Shown piece by piece: positions 62,406 through 64,000 of a DNA stretch of 64,000 nucleotides. Location of the stretch: contig CAKSNL010000004.1 of the NCBI GenBank assembly GCA_934476235.1, forward strand, positions 110,582-174,581. The letters are read 5' to 3'. The number at the start of each line of letters is the position of its first letter. Position 1 is the stretch's first letter. Origin of the DNA: an uncultured Clostridia bacterium. GTDB taxonomy: Bacteria; Bacillota; Clostridia; CAKSNL01; HGM11501. The position numbers and the translations under genes are program-made. Below the pieces are notes generated by a model that worked only from the letters and a program-made list of their open reading frames with translations, searched no databases and was not told the DNA's origin.

Positions 62406-62722
62406 ACCACGGAATATACATTACGTGGTCTGGAAAAAAATCAACAAGGATTTTTTTCGGACCGGTTTACGAAAAATATTCAAGTTTTTCGTAAACTATG
62501 TATACAGGAACCGGCAAATGCCGGGTCCGTTCATGCAAAAGACCACGAAAAGAAGACCGATGAAAGCATTTTTTCATCATCGGTCTTAAAACCATGCAAA
62601 AAATAATTTTTGCCGATAAATATTGACATACTTTTCCAAAAGTAGTATAATAAAAGTACCCTAATTTCGCTTTTCGAGGAAAAGGGCTGCATAAAACTAC
62701 CACGTAATGTATATTATGTGGC
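62406..62722. other. candidate invertible DNA switch (inverton): 24-bp inverted repeats flanking a 269-bp promoter-bearing segment
   Basis: IR-L 62406-62429 ACCACGGAATATACATTACGTGGT and IR-R 62699-62722 ACCACGTAATGTATATTATGTGGC are inverted, 21/24 identical. Each has 9-bp arms around a TGTATA-type spacer, like a tyrosine-recombinase core site. Confidence 0.55.
62623..62651 (+). promoter_or_regulatory. consensus sigma-A promoter inside the invertible segment
   Basis: TTGACA, 17-bp spacer, TATAAT. It currently points toward the recombinase gene; after inversion it would read toward the PLDc_N gene. Confidence 0.6.
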
Positions 62723-62731
62723 TTTTTTCTT

Positions 62732-63565
62732 TTATTCCCGCAAAAAGCCGAGCATTTCGATTCTGGAGCGGTGAATCTCCGAAGACTCCGCGGTGTAAAT
62801 GCGTGTGGTGTTCATGCTGACGTGCCCCAGAAGCTCCGAAAGGCGAAGTAAGTCCTTATGCACCTTGTAGTACGTCCGCGCGAAAAGATGGCGGAGGTTG
62901 TGCGGGAACACCTTCTTTTCGGAAACGTTCGCCTTTTTGTAAAGCGCCTTCATGGAGCGCCAGATATAGAACCTGTCAAGCGGTTTCCCCGTTCTCGTTA
63001 TGAACACAGGACCGCTTTTTATATTGTTCTTTTTGGCGTATTTGATCAGCATTTTGCAGAGCTTTCCCGGAAGCAGTACCGTGCGGACTCTGCCCTTTAG
63101 AGCGACCGTCGCGCGGCGCAGCATCAGCGCCTCGCACGTGATAAAGCGGATCTCGGAAACGCGCAGCCCGCAGGAGCATGCCGCCTGCATGAGGAGATAC
63201 AGCCGCTCGCTCTTTTCCTTCGCAGCGGACAAAAGGCGGTTGTACTCCCCCGCCGTCATCTCCCGCTCCTTATCGGCAAAGCTGCTCCGGGAAAATGTAA
63301 GGCTCTTTAATTTTAAATCGTGCCGCCCGCAGAACGTGAAAAATGAGTTAAGCCCCGCAACCGCGGCGTTCACGCTCGCCGGTGCGCGCGTTGCCTTCAT
63401 GCGCTCTTTGTAGCCGACCGCGAGCTCCTTTGTCACCCTTCTCCAGGAGAGGCACTCGGCAAAAAGCCGCACGTCGCGGGCGTATTTTTCAGCGGTAGCC
63501 CTCTCCTTCTCGCGTTTAATAAGGTCGTTTTTGAAATTTTTTATTTTTTCTTCTGTGATAAACAT
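62732..63565 (-). CDS. tyrosine-type site-specific recombinase/integrase
   Basis: Phage-integrase fold: N-terminal SAM-like domain, catalytic R...HxLRH...Y (LRHLFARTY...TTRIYT); GGGGTGAGAGA RBS. Confidence 0.85.
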   Translation of the reverse strand: MFITEEKIKNFKNDLIKREKERATAEKYARDVRLFAECLSWRRVTKELAVGYKERMKATRAPASVNAAVAGLNSFFTFCGRHDLKLKSLTFSRSSFADKEREMTAGEYNRLLSAAKEKSERLYLLMQAACSCGLRVSEIRFITCEALMLRRATVALKGRVRTVLLPGKLCKMLIKYAKKNNIKSGPVFITRTGKPLDRFYIWRSMKALYKKANVSEKKVFPHNLRHLFARTYYKVHKDLLRLSELLGHVSMNTTRIYTAESSEIHRSRIEMLGFLRE

Positions 63566-63639
63566 TCTCTCACCCCGTGAACCATTTTACCACAGATGCG
63601 ACCGACATCGAAAGTCAGTGACGGGCGGGTTGCGTGAAT

Positions 63640-63885
63640 ACGGTGTGTGCGCCGAAAAATCCTCCCGGTTTTTATTGCATAAAAACCACCCTCCTTTAGC
63701 AAGGAGGGCATTTAAAGGCTCCCTTGCTTAAAGGGAGCTGGGTTTTCCGGAGGGAAACTCTGAGGGATTTTTCAATCATTTCCGCTGCGGCTCTCCTCGC
63801 GCCTTTAGTTCTTGATGAGTCCTCCGGACTCGAATTCATTGCCTCAGCGCCGCTTCGCTGCCTTTAGCTCTCGAGGGCTTTAAAT
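63640..63885. repeat. modular palindromic interspersed repeats, locus C
   Basis: X module 63655-72, Y module 63690-63725 and Z module 63787-63880, near-identical to 56805-56895. Confidence 0.75.
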
Positions 63886-64000
63886 TCCGCTCACTGCTTT
63901 TTTTCTGTGCATACGCCAAGGACTTGCACCCTTGCCAAATGACAAAAAAATAAAGAAAAAATCTTAACGAAGAGCAAAAAAACAAAGGCGGAGTGTTTAA

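Noticed and set aside
62699-62722. dif-like XerCD site (TGTATA spacer and TTATGT arm similar to E. coli dif)
   Set aside because: It lies next to oriC rather than the terminus, lacks the conserved XerD arm GTAAACT/GTTAAAT, and has an inverted partner 269 bp away. An invertible switch explains these facts better than a chromosome dimer-resolution site.

Overview
This window is a Firmicutes (Clostridia-like, about 50% GC) chromosomal replication-origin region, read in reverse-complement orientation relative to the usual convention. Left of oriC, all on the minus strand, are dnaA, dnaN, recF, a DUF370/remB-like gene, gyrB, gyrA and a tRNA-Met/tRNA-Glu pair. Right of oriC, on the plus strand, are rpmH (GTG start, absent from the ORF track), rnpA, yidD, yidC, jag, mnmE, mnmG, rsmG, noc, two parS sites, soj and spo0J. 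DnaA-box clusters lie on both sides of dnaA, and the dnaA-dnaN spacer carries an AT-rich unwinding element. The left 20 kb carries a partial galK, a fucO-like ADH, a GH20-like hydrolase, secDF/yajC/tgt/queA with a DUF4160-DUF2442 cassette inserted, SpoIID, a MazEF-type ndoAI/ndoA pair, nnr, acpS, rpmB, a tandem class II aldolase, corA and GH13. The right side carries an SLH protein, upp, an AraC/isomerase/Gfo-Idh-MocA sugar cluster, a rhamnulokinase-like kinase, a DnaD-like/DnaI-like pair, an S-layer protein gene with twin consensus promoters, tRNA-Thr, GH4, a Cu-amine-oxidase-domain surface protein and an aldo/keto reductase. The most unusual items are: (1) a candidate invertible promoter switch (24-bp inverted recombinase-type core sites flanking 269 bp that hold a perfect sigma-A promoter) lying between a tyrosine recombinase gene and a PLDc_N/SHOCT small membrane protein gene; (2) a modular, palindrome-rich interspersed repeat family present at three loci flanking the S-layer gene; and (3) a 4.5-copy, roughly 77-bp tandem repeat array at 15.4-15.7 kb.
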